Counted from the first letter of the stretch, positions 24,570 through 39,323 are shown. The stretch: DNA of 64,000 nt from Octopus bimaculoides (GCF_001194135.2 NC_068982.1:23943060-24007059); one strand, 5' to 3'. Notes: generated from the sequence alone by a model not told the origin. Made by a program: numbers and translations.

Positions 24570-27194
24570 ATATATNNNNNNNNNNNNNNNNNNNNNNNNN
24601 NNNNNNNNNNNNNNNNNNNNNNNNNNNNNNNNNNNNNNNNNNNNNNNNNNNNNNNNNNNNNNNNNNNNNNNNNNNNNNNNNNNNNNNNNNNNNNNNNNNN
24701 NNNNNNNNNNNNNNNNNNNNNNNNNNNNNNNNNNNNNNNNNNNNNNNNNNNNNNNATATATACACACAAACACACACACTTACACAAAATTACATATATG
24801 TGTTTATGTCCTTATGTATGTATATGTTCATGGATGGATGGATGCATACATGGTCTACGAACTTATTTTAATGCTAAGTTATTTAAAAAGCAGAAATGTA
24901 TGCTCCAGGAACATGTAGTTTCTTAGATCTACATTTTAATATATTCCAAAAGAATATACGAAAGTCGATGGAGTAAATGTAGGTCTTTTCCAGAAACGCA
25001 TTAATTTCATATCATGGATATGACTAAATCTGCACCTCAGTGCAGCCCCGTGAGCTCTTTTAGTCGTCATAAGTTATGAAATGCTGATGAAGAACCAGTA
25101 ACGTAGGTGGTGCTCCAGAATTTTCTGCACACTCTAGCAAATTCTTTGCAACGTACACAAGACTATAAAATGTGTGTTTACGTCTGTACATCAGTATGGA
25201 GAGCTCGATAGATGGAAGTACTCGCATGTATCTAAATATTTATCTATCAATGTGTAAATATATTTCTGTGTGCATTTATATATATATATATATATACGCA
25301 TATGCACATATAAATATATATATACACACATGTATATGTATACGTGTATATATAATTATGTATATATACATATATGTATCTACACACACGCGCAGAGGGA
25401 TAGAGAGAGAGAGAGAGAAGAGAGTAATGCTTGCATGTATGTGTGTATGTCAGTGTGTGCGTGCACGTGTGTGCGTGAACGTGTGTGTGTGGGTGCGTGT
25501 GTGTTTCTGTGCGTGTGTGTTTCTGCACGCGCGTGTGTGTACGTGTGTCTATGGATCTGTAATTAAATTTCAACTCATTATAGGCATTAACTTCTTTGAT
25601 TTCAGAAGTGAATACAAAGCATTCTGTAATTTATTGAAATGTTATTGTAAATGAACAGTTCTATAATTGTACACACATACACACTCAGATATACATACAT
25701 ACATACATACATACATACATGCATATAATATATATATATATACATGGATATATAACTTCGTTTTCGCATTATTATTTCAATAATTATGCACTTTATATGC
25801 TTTGTCTGGACTTCTTATGTTTTTAATGTTTCCGTTTCTCTAATTGACTGCATATCATATTGATAACCCACGACTTTTATAATGTAGAATCCTCTTTATA
25901 GGTCTTTATAAAGCTGTTGCTTTTATCTAATTTTAAAAATTATGCGAAATTGAATTTTTCCTCGACACAATAGTACAGGACATTAAATGATCATCATATG
26001 CCAGTGGTATAAATATTCATTTTGTTCCAAGTCACAATATCATTTCAAAAACTGAATATAATGTGATGGATATTTATTTCAATTTAATGAAGAATATATG
26101 TTCATGAAAATTGTGAATATTATAGTATAGTAATTGTGAATTTTATAGTACATTGTTCTTATGCTAAAGACGTACGAGAGAACATGTATGTACGGATGCA
26201 TAAATACAATTATCTCTTTTAAATTAAAACACTCATACGTATTTATATATGTTTTTACTCTCTGTGTATGTTTGAATTGCGCATACATGTGTTTATTTAT
26301 ATCTGTATTTTAACGCTTTCTAATCGTATGTGCAATACGATGTGTGCGTCACAAATAAGACTACTTTTGCTGAACTGGAAAGTTAAACCTACATCTGCAA
26401 ACACATTCACACACACGGATCCTCATGTGCTTGTATGAATGTTCCACGTACACAAGTTTCTGGGTTCTGTAGGTCTATATGAGATTCGGTTGGATTATTT
26501 CAACATGAACTTGTTACGACTGAAAAGATTTTAGTGAAAATATCTATGTGGAAATTCTAGAAGCTCGCAAAATGCAAGTACATCTAATTCCAAGCTTCTG
26601 GCGTTTCTTCAAGTTTAACAAAAGGAATACCTTGCTCAGTGTAAAGAACACGCGCATAATCAGCTGGAGAAATTGAGACCATCACACACACATACGCAAT
26701 GTTTTAACCGATACGTTTGTACATGGGATAAATGTGTTTGAAAGCTATGGTTTCTTTGGTATGTTTGTTCCCAAACAACACTTATTTTAGTGCTATTGAC
26801 ACCGCCGGATTTAATGGTGCTGCCCAGCTGTCGAAACCATAATGATATCCGTGGGGCAACTGATGATGGAGGTAGGTTGATTGTTGGTATGGCTGTGTTT
26901 GTATAGGTGGAATATTATTATAGTATCAAAGCATATCCTTTCCTTACAAGTTCTTTATTTTCTCTCCTTGTTGCTTTCTGTGTTCCTTACTGTGGAAAAG
27001 CGTAGGCTTGAAACGTTAAAGACTTTTGCACTTCCCGAGTCGGGATACGTAGCGTTGAGTTATTCCATAAATTACAAATGCATTAAATACTACAAAATGT
27101 GCACGTAGGACACACAAACAGAAGGCCTCCAAAATTTTAACTGTTGAAGAATTGGGGTGCGTCTGTGTCTCTTCTACGTTTATGTTTTGTAGTA

Positions 27195-27221
27195 TTTAAT
27201 GCATTTTCATTTCTATATATA

Positions 27222-27252
<31 letters not shown>

Positions 27253-27420
27253 CTGTGTGTATGTGTTTGTATGTGTGTGTATGTGTGTCTGTGTGTATCT
27301 GTTTGTATGTGTGTGTGTGTCTGTGTGTATCTGTTTGTATGTGTGTGCGTGTGTGTGTGCGTGTGTGTGTGTGTGTGTGCGTATGTGTGTGTTCGTGTTT
27401 GTGTATGTATATATACACAT
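27195..27420. repeat. Compound (GT)n array with higher-order unit GTGTCTGTGTGTATCTGTTTGTAT
   Basis: Directly visible. Confidence 0.9.
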
Positions 27421-27960
27421 GAGTATTGGTTGAAAGCTTCATGGGCTTTCCAAAATAGACTCATGGGATACAACCAAATGAGGTTTATTTTTCAACATAG
27501 TGTTACTTGGACTCCACACACTTCTTCTATCGGAGTTGCTGTATTTGTATCCCTTCGATAATGACATTTCTGTCTTGTTGGTAGAAAAAGTCATGAACGA
27601 TAGGTATGGTGTCATCGTCACTGCGATGTTGTTTCCTAGACAAGTATTTTTCAAGTTGGGGAGCAATTGATTGTCAGATGGGGCAATTTCAGGAAAAGGG
27701 GAAGCTGACCAATTAGTTCAAAGTCACAGACATCCACAGTAGCCGTTGAAACGAAGAACTTGTGTGTTGGAGCATTATCACCGTGAATCGAGATCCTTTT
27801 TGCAGATTTCCCGGACATTTGATGTTGATATCCTTTCGTAACTTCCTCAGCAAGATAGCATTGCGCTCCCCATTGACGGTGTGGCTCTTTTGATGATAGT
27901 CAATAAAAACCATGCCGTTTTCCTCCCCAAATGACTGAGGACATCATATTCGTTGTAGAT
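27415..27960 (-). mobile_element. Second mariner transposase relic (C-terminal half), different subfamily (irritans-like end)
   Basis: Minus strand MSSVIWG../MVFIDYHQKSHTVNGERNAILLRKLRKDI../HGDNAPTH../..KKCVESK*HYVEK* (stop at 27485), with several frameshifts. It is truncated 5' next to the SINE at 27997. Confidence 0.85.
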
Positions 27961-27996
27961 GAAACCATCTTCGCCATCTTTAAAGCAGTGAGGTGG

Positions 27997-28232
27997 GGTG
28001 TTTCCGCCGGCATGGATAATTCTTTTCTTCTATAGGTATGAGGCCTGAAACTTTTCAGGAGAGTCCACTCAATTAGATCGACCCAATACACAACTGGTAC
28101 TTAATTTATTGACCCCGAAAGGATGAAAGGTAAAGTTGACCTCCTCGGAGTTTGAATTCAGAATGTAGCGGCAGTCGAAATACCGTTAAGCATTTCGCCC
28201 GTCCTGATAACGACTCTGCTAGCTCGCCACTT
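27997..28232 (-). mobile_element. SINE family A, minus strand
   Basis: Reverse complement GTGGCGAGCTAGCAGAGTCGTTA..GGGCGAAATGCTTAACGGTATTTCGACTGCCGCTACATTCTGAATTCAAACTCC..AAGTACCAGTTG..TTTCAGGCC. Confidence 0.85.
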
Positions 28233-28832
28233 TATCGCATGGATAAATTTATGGATAATCTTCAAAGTGATGAACGTAAAACTCATCCTCAGTTAAGAAT
28301 CATTTAATGAAACCAGCAGGATCTGTCTTAAGCATTATCAGAATTCCCCGTGATGTGATCAGTCACGCGTGCTACTGAACAGTTTTAAGACGACGTAAAA
28401 CCTATTGAAGAGAAATTTTCGGCATACTAAGTTCATTGCGTCGAAAATTCTGAACAACTTCACCGGATAGGCTAATGTGTAAGTGTGTGAATGAAAGTGG
28501 GGGTGCCGGGAAGTGGTCAGTGCTAATGTGAGCATGATGGTGTGGTGCTGTGGAGTTGTGTGGTATGGTGGTATGTGGTGTGGTGGTTTTGGGATGTGGG
28601 CGAGCGAGAGTGGGGAATGCAAGGGTGGGGTGTGAGTTAAGCTGAGCGTGTGAGTAGAGATGGGGTATGTGTGAGTGGGTGTAACGGATGGCGCTGGGGT
28701 TGGATGGGATTGCTACGTATATATAATCGAAATATACAAAAGAAAACAAAAAACGAAGAGACATGTGTATGACTAACATTGGTGATTGCAATCCTTTTGT
28801 TGTTAAATCGTGTTTGCGTTTATGTATGTTTA

Positions 28833-28888
<56 letters not shown>

Positions 28889-29038
28889 GATCATCTATCC
28901 AGCAATCGAACTATGTGTCTCTCTGTCTATTTGTCTGTCTGTCTACCCATCTGTCTACCTATCTATCTATCTATCTAAATATATATACATACATACGTAA
29001 ATGTGTGTGAGAATGTGCGTGCATGTGTGTGTGTGTGT

Positions 29039-29085
<47 letters not shown>

Positions 29086-31569
29086 CGTCCGTGTGCCTAC
29101 GTGCAATTATGTGCCTTTAACTGTGCAATATCAGTAGATAGAAAACATACCTGAATCAAAAACAGTTTCTTAAATATAGTATGTCAGTTGACAGATCTAT
29201 GAAAGAAAATATTCATTATACTATAATACTGCTACTTTTCCGGTACAGACTGAATTATATATGTAAAATAATATAATATGTATAGGATGATAATCAAATC
29301 TCAGAGGCATTAGCAAAGAATTTGAAGGGTAATTTGTGATTTAGTTGATAGAATAACCGAAACGTTAAAGATATAGAGTAGCGTGAAGCAAATTATATGA
29401 GAATAAAGATGTTTATTTGTAAGGTTTATAAGACAGCCTGTCACTGAGAAACTAAGTTGTAAGTTATCTAAGTATACTTACGAAGTGCATTTTTTATAAC
29501 CTACTGATTTTCTTTGTGATAAAGGAATTTACTTCACAAGCCCCTTGCTCCAGATCCAATTTCATTGATTATAATTCTTGAGAACTACCTTATCCATGTA
29601 GTTATGGTGTCGATATTATTGTGAATGAAGTTGGCTAAACTTTAATGATGTTGACACTTCGTCTCAAAAGATGTCAATATGAATATTCTTGCGAACATCA
29701 TCGAAAGCAATGAACCTCTAATCCTAGGTTTGTGGCACTTTGTCAATAAAAACGTTGTTGAAGAATTATGTTAAAGTTGTAGTGTCTGTTGAATATATAC
29801 TACAACCAAATGGTACTAAAACGATCAGATTGTTCAGTTTTAAGATCTAACTGCATGGTCAACCGAGGAAACTGAGGCATTAAAAAAAAAATAAGCAGAT
29901 AGGCGCGCGAACCAAATTTTATGAAAATTGAGATAATTATTTGATTGTAGGATGTATAAGACTGAGCCTGTCACAGTTGTATGATATCGTAATTTAGTTA
30001 CTCAGTGCATTTTTGATAACCTTTTCATTTTCCGTGAAATCAAGAAATGTCCTTTCCATTCAATGTCATTGCCTATAATTCATGAAATCTGCCCTCTTCC
30101 CTGCACTAGTGGAGTTCATCTCTTTGTGAATGCAATTGGGTAAACTTCAAGATTATAGACATTTGGTTAATGTATTCCATCTCATTTTTGCAGGAAATGC
30201 TAATCTGTTAATCTATATCACACCTTTACGAGGAACCTCGATGTCTTTACAGGATACGACTCTCCTGCAACTATTGTAATCACGGATCATTTGATAAGAA
30301 GATACTAATCTCCTTACTTCAGTAATTCGGTGTCTCACTCTTCCCCAAAACGGAAACTCTACATGAAAATTCGACGTAATTTACATATGCTATTATATTT
30401 TATGGATATAATGACTAATATCATATTAATTGTGTAAATAAGAAGAAAAGATGTTTCAACACTCCCTTTAGGAAGACGAAACGTAAAGCACCACAAATAT
30501 ATTGAACTCTTTTGTGAAATTAATTAAAGATTATGGAGTATTTATTTCATCTATTTGTGATTTTATTTTCTATTTTGAACAATGTATAGTTCATGCTATT
30601 TCATTAAAAAATTAGAGATAAATTACGTTACGAAGTCTTAGTATTGTTAAAAGCACAAATAAAAGGAAAGTTTTACAGTAAATAGAAGGTTTTGCTCTGA
30701 AGATATGTTTAATAATCTTGTATTTGGAGAGACATTTACATACAGTGACATTTATATACTTATCAGGACTGCAGACATAGAATTAGTTGGCTATTGGTTG
30801 TACTCTCCTATATATTCTAAAATTTCTAAAAGCAATAGTCAGATGATTACGGATTCACTGCCGTTTAACAGCGAAGAAACTGTGTTATAGATATTGACAA
30901 ATTCTCATTTTCAATTCGATGACATTGTTCAGACAATGACAATTTTCCATTCAACCGAAATATATTGAATTCAAGGTTAATTTATCAATGGTAGAATGTT
31001 AGCATTTCCACATTAGGTGTAAACCCTACCTCAGTACATATCTAATACCATTGTCTGTAGCATTATAATTTTTTAAATTACATTTTTAAAGCTGGGGTCA
31101 TTTTCATACGAACTGTGAGTTGTCGGACATGTTAAATTTTATATACGATTACAAAATGCAATAAAACTTGTCAGTATAACTCGAAAAACATCGATAAAAC
31201 ATTGCGATGCATCGATATATGTACAACAGATATGCTGCAAACTTTCCTCATGATGTAGAATCATAATTCCCTATCGGCTATGAGATAAATTATTATGTTG
31301 TAAATTACCAAAACCAATAATTCATGGCAAAATTTATCTGTGTGATGAAGATGGTGTTAAACATGCCTTCTCAACACTGAAAACACACCCCAAAAGTCAT
31401 CTCACTATATCATGGTTATATAAGAGAAACAGACCGGTATCATGAAGCAGTTCATTGATATATTAGCAGTGATATACATCAAGTGTATAACATAGATTCA
31501 GGTTCAGTTACTTACAGAAATACAACAGTATGATGAATTCAGTCTGTAGTAAAATAATCATATCTGCTA

Positions 31570-31712
31570 TAGCCACATGGCCTAACATTTTGAAGGAGAA
31601 TGCAAGTCGATTTCATCGCCCCTTGTGCTCACCTAGTACTTATTTTATCGAGGCCGAATTTGAATGAAAAGACAGACGAAATGACGCTCAGCATTTCGTC
31701 CGGTGTGTTGAA
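31570..31712 (-). mobile_element. SINE family A, internally deleted copy
   Basis: AGTCGATTTCATCGCCC..TAGTACTTATTTTATCGA..CTCAGCATTTCGTCCGGTGTG are reverse complements of family A motifs. Confidence 0.6.
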
Positions 31713-33074
31713 GAAAACACTCAGCCGAAATATTGCAATATTTTACAAGAAACTGCATATCAACTGCTGAGAAAGATGTCATACCGGATAGTTTGTGTAG
31801 CTAAATGGGCTACATATCACCTTTAGAATTCATACATATGGGACGAAGCTCGGGGTACATTTGAAAAGAACTTCGGAAGTAATACAGCAACAATATCAAG
31901 AGAAAAAAAAAACAGCAATAACATTCATTAAAACTTAGATATACTTACTCAAGTGGATTTCTTTACGTTTGTTTTATTTCTATTCTGTGCGTCAGGTTTA
32001 TGTCTTGCTTTGAACTAAATGCATGTTACTAGCACGATTTCGATGTGATAGCGCAACTCTAGAGACAACAGTAATCTTTTATACACACATACAATAGTAA
32101 TCTATATGCACATGAATTTTGGGTTCTGTACAAATGAACAACACCAATAAAATCAACCTCTGTACTAAATTACAAACAAATATTTTGGATATTGATCATA
32201 GACACGTGTGGGGTATCAAACGGGGTAAATCATATACAGCCGTAGGCATAGTGGTTGAGTCTCTATCTTAATTTTGATATTATTCATTATAATTTAAAAG
32301 TGGAAGTTGATCAAACCAACATTTCAGTTTAGACACATTGTGAGAGAGACATTTAAAGGACACAATATTGAGGAATATCATACTATAAGATATGAGAAAT
32401 GAAGAGATAGAAAACGTGAATACTCAATAATGAAATGGGAAGAAACGGAAATTTTGAAAACTAGATGAGTGAAAGTACACTGGAAATATTGAAAATATAA
32501 TAATGAAGGCATTAAAATCAGTAAAACCAATTAACAACCTATATAAGGATACCACACTGCAAACGTGCTAACGACAGAAATCTCAAGTATTCAAATAACA
32601 GATATTTGTTAAGGGTTAATGTTGCTAGTGATCAGGAGAGTAGCATTAAATTTCATTTTCTTTTATTGAGGATTATGTGCGTTATATGGTGCACGATAAC
32701 TCTTCAAGCAGAGATGTTAGCTATGATAAAGGAACATTCTTTGTTACTATAGTCACCTTTCTGCTACAACTCTCTAGAAATGAAAAATTCTGAGTCATCT
32801 GGAATAGCTACCACTCTGCTATTTCATCTGGAATTGTAACATTGCGATTCTACTGATATTATTACTTCAAAAACAAAATCGAAATAGATTCTCATAATCA
32901 GAAGTAGACAATATATTTCGAAGAACTCTCACACGCATGCGAGCATATCGTTTGAGCAGGAGCTTGTAGGTGAAATGCAAGATACATTTACAAAGGATTT
33001 GGGTGCCTCTGTTATAACGAGCAAATACAGAGTCTTTCAGCGAATACAAAGTCTTTCTTAAACTTAACACTGCA

Positions 33075-33265
33075 GGACGTTGAGGATGGGAAGCTATATG
33101 GAATGAGTATTACACCAGCATCCACCTGGCATATAATTTCAGTTGAATTGACCGAAGCAATGTGAAATGAAGTCTTCTTTTCTCAAGGTCACGAGGTGTC
33201 CTTGGTCCAACAATCGAAAACCACAAACTTATGATTTTATGTTCAACATCCTAACCACTGAGTGA
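33075..33265 (-). mobile_element. Old CORE-type SINE (family B-like), minus strand
   Basis: TTCTCAAGGTCAC is approximately the reverse complement of the CORE motif. AACATCCTAACCACTGAG is the reverse complement of an A-box-like head. Confidence 0.5.
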
Positions 33266-33575
33266 ACTAGTAATATAATAGTTCCGCATATAATATTCCA
33301 AAATATCTCGGTATTATTATTTAATAATTTTTGCAACATTGTAATTGTCGTAATTCTAATAATTATGTTTTGCTCGAATGGTATTTGTATTTTATCAAGT
33401 CACGCATCGAAGCAAATTTCTTTTGTTATAGTAAAGAGTTTACAATCTTAAGCTGCATTGAGATAACGTTGAAAACTTGTTAAATTTGCCTTTACAGGTG
33501 TGGAAAGAACAAGGGGAATTTTAATACAGAATATATTTAATTGCACTCTCTCACTCTCTCTTTCCCCTTATCTCT

Positions 33576-33618
<43 letters not shown>

Positions 33619-33742
33619 ACTCTCTCTCTCTCTCTCTCTCTTCTCTCNNNNNNNNNNNNNNNNNNNNNNNNNNNNNNNNNNNNNNNNNNNNNNNNNNNNN
33701 NNNNNNNNNNNNNNNNNNNNNNNNNNNNNNNNNNNNNNNNNN

Positions 33743-33789
<47 letters not shown>

Positions 33790-34899
33790 AGTGGATATTG
33801 CGTTTACGAGCGATGAATTAATTTTGGGCCCGTCTTTCGTAACAATTAGTAAGATTTTCAAGCACCTGTCAAAGTAAAGCTGTAACATGTTGTATCAGAT
33901 GCGTTCGAAATCATAGTCTCCTTTGAGCAGAAAGAAAATCGTTGTAATATTTTTCTCATTAATTATATAAACTTAGGTGATATTTTTATCCGGCTTGTTA
34001 CCGGAATAGGCAAAGACATTGATTCACAAGCTGTCATTACGTTATTTTTATTAAATATTGAGATAATAATGTCACATTTGTATCACGATATAAGTGGGTG
34101 ATCATTGTAGATGGACGGAGGGTGATAGTTGGCCAGGAGTGATTTGGAATGAATTTGCGAGTTTTATTTATTACTAAAATAATAATCGGAGCACATGGAA
34201 AGGGCAGAAGCTCAGTGTATGAGTCACATAGTAACAGAACAAAACACATAGAACTGCGAAAGGAATGATCATTTGAAGGTCTTCTGTTGACAAGATCCAC
34301 GGAAGCAAATGCAAAGGAAGATAGTACGGACCACATGAGGCTGCGGCAGTTGCAGGTAACGCCATTTTCATGTACACAATGGTTAAGCCTTAAGAGAGAT
34401 ATTGGGGAAATGTCACTTCATGGGCGGTATCAGAAAACAATTGTGACAGTGCAAGGAAGAAAGAATATAGACGAAAAAAGATTATACAAATGAGATGAGA
34501 TCGAATTAGAAACAAAATAGGAAAGCTCGTCGAAATATAAAAAAAATAATCGAATAAAAATCGACGAAAAATATTTTCGTGTAATTTGGCTATGTTTGCG
34601 CGGTGAAATTATTTCCACGAGACCAACGCATTTAACAGCAAAGTGCTCTTCGAAATAAACTTGATGCGCCATCAAGAATATTAGTTATCGTTCACCATTA
34701 TGCTATGAAGATTTAATAGAGATTCTACGGTAACACATAAAGCTTTTTTTCTAAACCTCACTCCAGCTCACAGGGTGCTAAATGACGTTTTTGTTTGCAC
34801 AAGATCACAGGAAGAAGAAAAAGCGGGGAGGATGGAAACGAATTGGCGTTGTTCATGCAGGGCAGCAATTCTTTTCGGGGTTCCTTTCGCGTGCGGTGA

Positions 34900-35005
34900 A
34901 ATAAGTATCAGCTGTGCACAAGAATCGATGTAATCAACTGTTCCCCTCCCAAAATTTCAGGCCTTGTGCTTATAGTAGAAAAGATTATTGATATTATCAT
35001 CATTA

Positions 35006-35057
<52 letters not shown>

Positions 35058-35076
35058 GGTTGTTGTTGTTGTTGTT

Positions 35077-35127
<51 letters not shown>

Positions 35128-35372
35128 ATTATTATTATTATTATGATTATTATGAAGTTGATGAGCAGACAGAATCGTTAGCATGCCGGGTAAAATACTT
35201 AGCGTTATTTCGTCCGTCGTTACGGCCCCAGTTCAAATTCCACCGAGGTTGGTTTTGACGTTCACTCTTTCGGAGTCTATAAATTGAATATCAGTGAAGC
35301 ACTGGGGTCGATGTAATCGACTTGTCTCTTCCCAACAAATTTCAGGCCTTGTACCTTTAGTAGAAAGGGTTA
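34900..35372 (+). mobile_element. Two tandem SINE A copies (3' fragment 34900-34985; full copy 35163-35372) separated by (ATT)n(GTT)n
   Basis: Both end ..AATTTCAGGCCTTGT.C.T.TAGTAGAAA.G.TTATT. The second starts CAGAATCGTTAGCATGCCGGGTAAAATACTTAGCG. Confidence 0.82.
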
Positions 35373-35496
35373 TTATTATTATTGTTATTGTTATTATTAT
35401 TATTATTAATAGTAGTAGAGCGGTTGTCGTGTTGATAGTAGCATTAGTAGTAGTATTAGCAGTAGCAGCAGCAGCAGCAACAGCAGCAACAGCAGC

Positions 35497-35548
<52 letters not shown>

Positions 35549-35892
35549 CAATATCATAAATGGTCTTTTTCTTCATTGCACACAGACACTGGCTGAACAT
35601 GAATTATTAAAATTTAGTTTGATACATGTATGACTAAATCAATGAATATTAACTTCAATGCAATTTACACAACAGAATTCATTATTTACTCATTAAAGTC
35701 GTTGTTTAATAGGCTAAGCAATCGATTGCTAAATAGAAAAAAATGTGATTTATATGAAGGCTTTTAAATTAAATGACAGATAATATATTTTTAATCTTCA
35801 GAACGTGCCGCGGCTGTTATAAAATCGTCTAATTCAAAGAACGCCGAAATGATGGTGATCATCATCATGATCATCATAAACATCATCATTAC

Positions 35893-35931
<39 letters not shown>

Positions 35932-36067
35932 GATAGTGGTATTGATGGTGGTAGAAGCGGTGGCGATGATAATGATTATGACAATGTTGACTACGACGAT
36001 GGTGATGACAATGATAATAATGATAATGATGATAACGATGATGAAGACGACGATGATGATGATGGTG

Positions 36068-36100
<33 letters not shown>

Positions 36101-36260
36101 GTAAAAAATAATGATCATGATGTTGACGATGACGATGATGACAACGGCTTCGACGAGGATGATGTTGATGATGATATAAATAATGGCACTATACTGTGCA
36201 TAATGATAGAGAATATTCTCTTTCCGTTTTAATAACAGTAATAATAACAAGTATTAATTC
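34985..36260. repeat. Trinucleotide cluster: (ATT)n, (GTT)n, (AGT/AGC)n, (CAT/GAT/AAT)n
   Basis: Directly visible; source of the poly-N/I/V/H/D/M ORFs. Confidence 0.95.
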
Positions 36261-38678
36261 TTTCATTATTAATATTTATCATAATGTTTTCTTGTAATTT
36301 ATAAGTATCGATATAATAATCATTTTGACTGTTATTATGCGTCGTTATTTTAAAACGATTTCAACTTTATAATTGACAGAATTTTTTGTTTGCGTGGGAA
36401 TGACTTGGGAGAATTATAAAAAAAATAGTGCATTCTGAGAGCTAGTTTTGTAATATTTTCATACAAAATAATTAGGAAAATTGTTGAAGGAGTGAATATT
36501 GATTTTTGATTATGAAAGTATATGAGAGATTAAATTATAAATAGACATTAAATGATCTTCGTACTTCTTGAAAGTTTACTGAATTAACAAGTAATCGCAA
36601 TTAGTCAATGGTTCTCTATATAGATATGTTTTTGGAGTATTTATCGGAAATGTATTAGAACGAAAAATATGATTAGAGTAAAAACAAAAATGTTTCATTT
36701 CTGTATGAAGCTCATTGTAGGAAAGCAGCGGAAAACAAAAATTTTATTTTCATAAATTCCACTGTTAAAATTGCATACGATAAAATTGACATAATTTACT
36801 TTTACAGTCCTCTAGGGTTGACGAGATCAATACTATCGAAACATTTGAATAAAAAAATGTTATTTGCACATTTTCTACATACCAATTACTATGTTTGTAT
36901 GATTTGTCACTCTCCTCAGTATGTATCTACGAGGGTTCTAGTGATGAAAATCGAACAGATGTCATTCATATTAAATTCGTTTCATAGTATCAGCAGAAAT
37001 TTTATTTTCCTATATAAATTATGGTTCTACCTGAAACGTGAAACGCGCTTGTGATTAAAAGAAATGAACTTGTATGAGTTTTACGAATTATATTAACTTA
37101 CTTTCACCGGAGATGCATTAGCACTGGACGGATTTCTCTTTACATTTAGATAACCATCATCTACATAGCCATCATCTACACGACGTCTATCTGTTTCACT
37201 AGTACCTTGTTTGTTACTATTTCCGTGTATTTGTACAATTCTCTAGTTACATCTCATTATATTCAGGAAAGTCGTCGGCACTTTCAATAATTCAAACAAT
37301 ATATATTTATGATTATATGAAATGTAATCTAAAAACAGAAAACAGCAAACAAAAACAAAACTATTTTCTGTTTCGCACCGTGTTCTGCATCACAGAATTC
37401 AATGAGTCATTACATGAATCAATATTATACAAATTAATGCAAATTAACTATCTTCAATGTCATACTTTTGCTATTGCAACCTAATTTGCATGGACATCGC
37501 AAATAAAAATGAACTGTTTTGCATATTTTACACTTTCTCGAAATAGCAGTTAATTATCTAGTGACAATCATGATACATAAGGTTTATTCTCTCTTTGCAA
37601 TAACTTCATAAGCACATATGAATACACATACACGCGCGTTTGTGTCTGTGCTTGCGTGCATATATACATATATCTGACTATGAATCAACGCGTCATTATT
37701 CCTGCTTGTGCGTCTGGGAAAATACACGCTTTAGTACATATTCAAATAGCTACATTTCTACATTCATTTAATTTTTAAAAAATCTGAACCATCAATCTAT
37801 TCACAGACGTACCTACCATTGCTATACACTTGCATATATTTGAATAACAGGATCCACATTGCTCTTTCCAACCCATGTGCTTCACCAATATATTTGTCAT
37901 TACTTCAGATATTAAGCCACTCTCATTCCTCTCATCACATATACGCTTTCATATCAGCCAGTTGTCAATTACACTCACTTTCAATTGCCACATGCACTCA
38001 CTAATCAAAGACACTATATTTATATAGATACATCTCAAATAAAACACACTGTTCGCCTATATGTTGGCTTCAAGAATCATGTTAAAATTACAACTACATT
38101 TGTTCATTTATCACTTTCACCAGAGCTTGGCTTTTCCAACAATTTCCTTAATTTTTATATTCTTCTGTGTCTGAGAACTTCACTTTTCACTACATGTTCG
38201 CTTATCGCTTCTTTTCTGACGAAAGACTTCCATCCGAATCTCGAAGACACATTCTCCATTTAAGAATTAAGCTTATAGTCAATCTGTCAAACAGAAGACA
38301 AACAGTTGTTCCTTTTTGCTGTTCAACGTACCTGCCTTCCTATATACTCTCATTTGGAGAATTGGCTCTCTGTTGTGTTAGTATTAATTTGTAACTATAA
38401 GTTGATAATAACAGTTTATCTTGATGTTGTTATTTGTATTAGACAGCTGATTGCTATTGATTCTCAAGCAGCGCTTATGTCCTTAATGCTGTTCACACCA
38501 CTGGATTGAGTAGGAATGCCTTAGCGTCTAAAATATACTAATATCTGTTTGGCAGCTGATGATGGTAATACGTATTAACTATACTTGTTCTTGAATTCCT
38601 TGTTCCGAGTTGTCCTCCATTTTAGTAAAGTGGAAACGTGTTTGTGGTGATTAGTTACATTGATATTGGTTGTTTTAC

Positions 38679-38722
<44 letters not shown>

Positions 38723-38809
38723 NNNNNNNNNNACACACACGCACACACACACACACACACATGTAGACACTCATATGTAATTAGGAGGCAATACTTCAAA
38801 TAGTAAAAT

Positions 38810-39200
38810 AGCAGTCGCGGCTGTGTGGCAAGAAGCTTGCTTCCCATCCACATGGTTCTATGTTCATTCCCACTGGGCAGGTGTATTTTAATAGAGCCTC
38901 GGGACGACCAAAGCCTCTCCAGTGGATTTGACGGACGGAATCTTAAAGAAGCTCGTCGTATATGGATATATATATAATGTATGTATGTACTTGTGTGTCT
39001 GTGTTTCTACCTCACCATCATTTGACAACCGATGTTGGTGTGTTTACGTCCCTATGACGTAGCTGTTCGGAAACATATAGAGACAAATTAAGTAGTAGGC
39101 TTCCAAAAAATAAGTCCTGGGGGTCGATTTGTTCGACTAAAGGCGATGCTCTCACATACCCGCAATCAAATGACTGAAACAAGTAAAAGAATAAAAGCAT
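38810..39200 (+). mobile_element. SINE family C, near full length (tRNA-like head, internal TA/TG tract)
   Basis: GGCTGTGTGGCAAGAAGCTTGCTTCCCATCCACATGGTTC..GCCTCGGGACGACCAAAGCC..TTGACAACCGATGTTGGTGTGTTTACGTCCC..TAAGTCCTGGGGGTCGATTTGTTCGACTAAAGGCG..AAATGACTGAAACAAGTAAAAGAATAAAAG. Confidence 0.85.
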
Positions 39201-39219
39201 AAAAGAAGATATATATATT

Positions 39220-39271
<52 letters not shown>

Positions 39272-39281
39272 NNNNNNNNNN

Positions 39282-39323
<42 letters not shown>

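Noticed and set aside
25080-25125. CTGATGA followed by a weak hairpin
   Set aside because: No GAAA follows the stem.
26820-26870. GAAAC...CTGATGA in type II hammerhead order
   Set aside because: Stems II and III do not pair.
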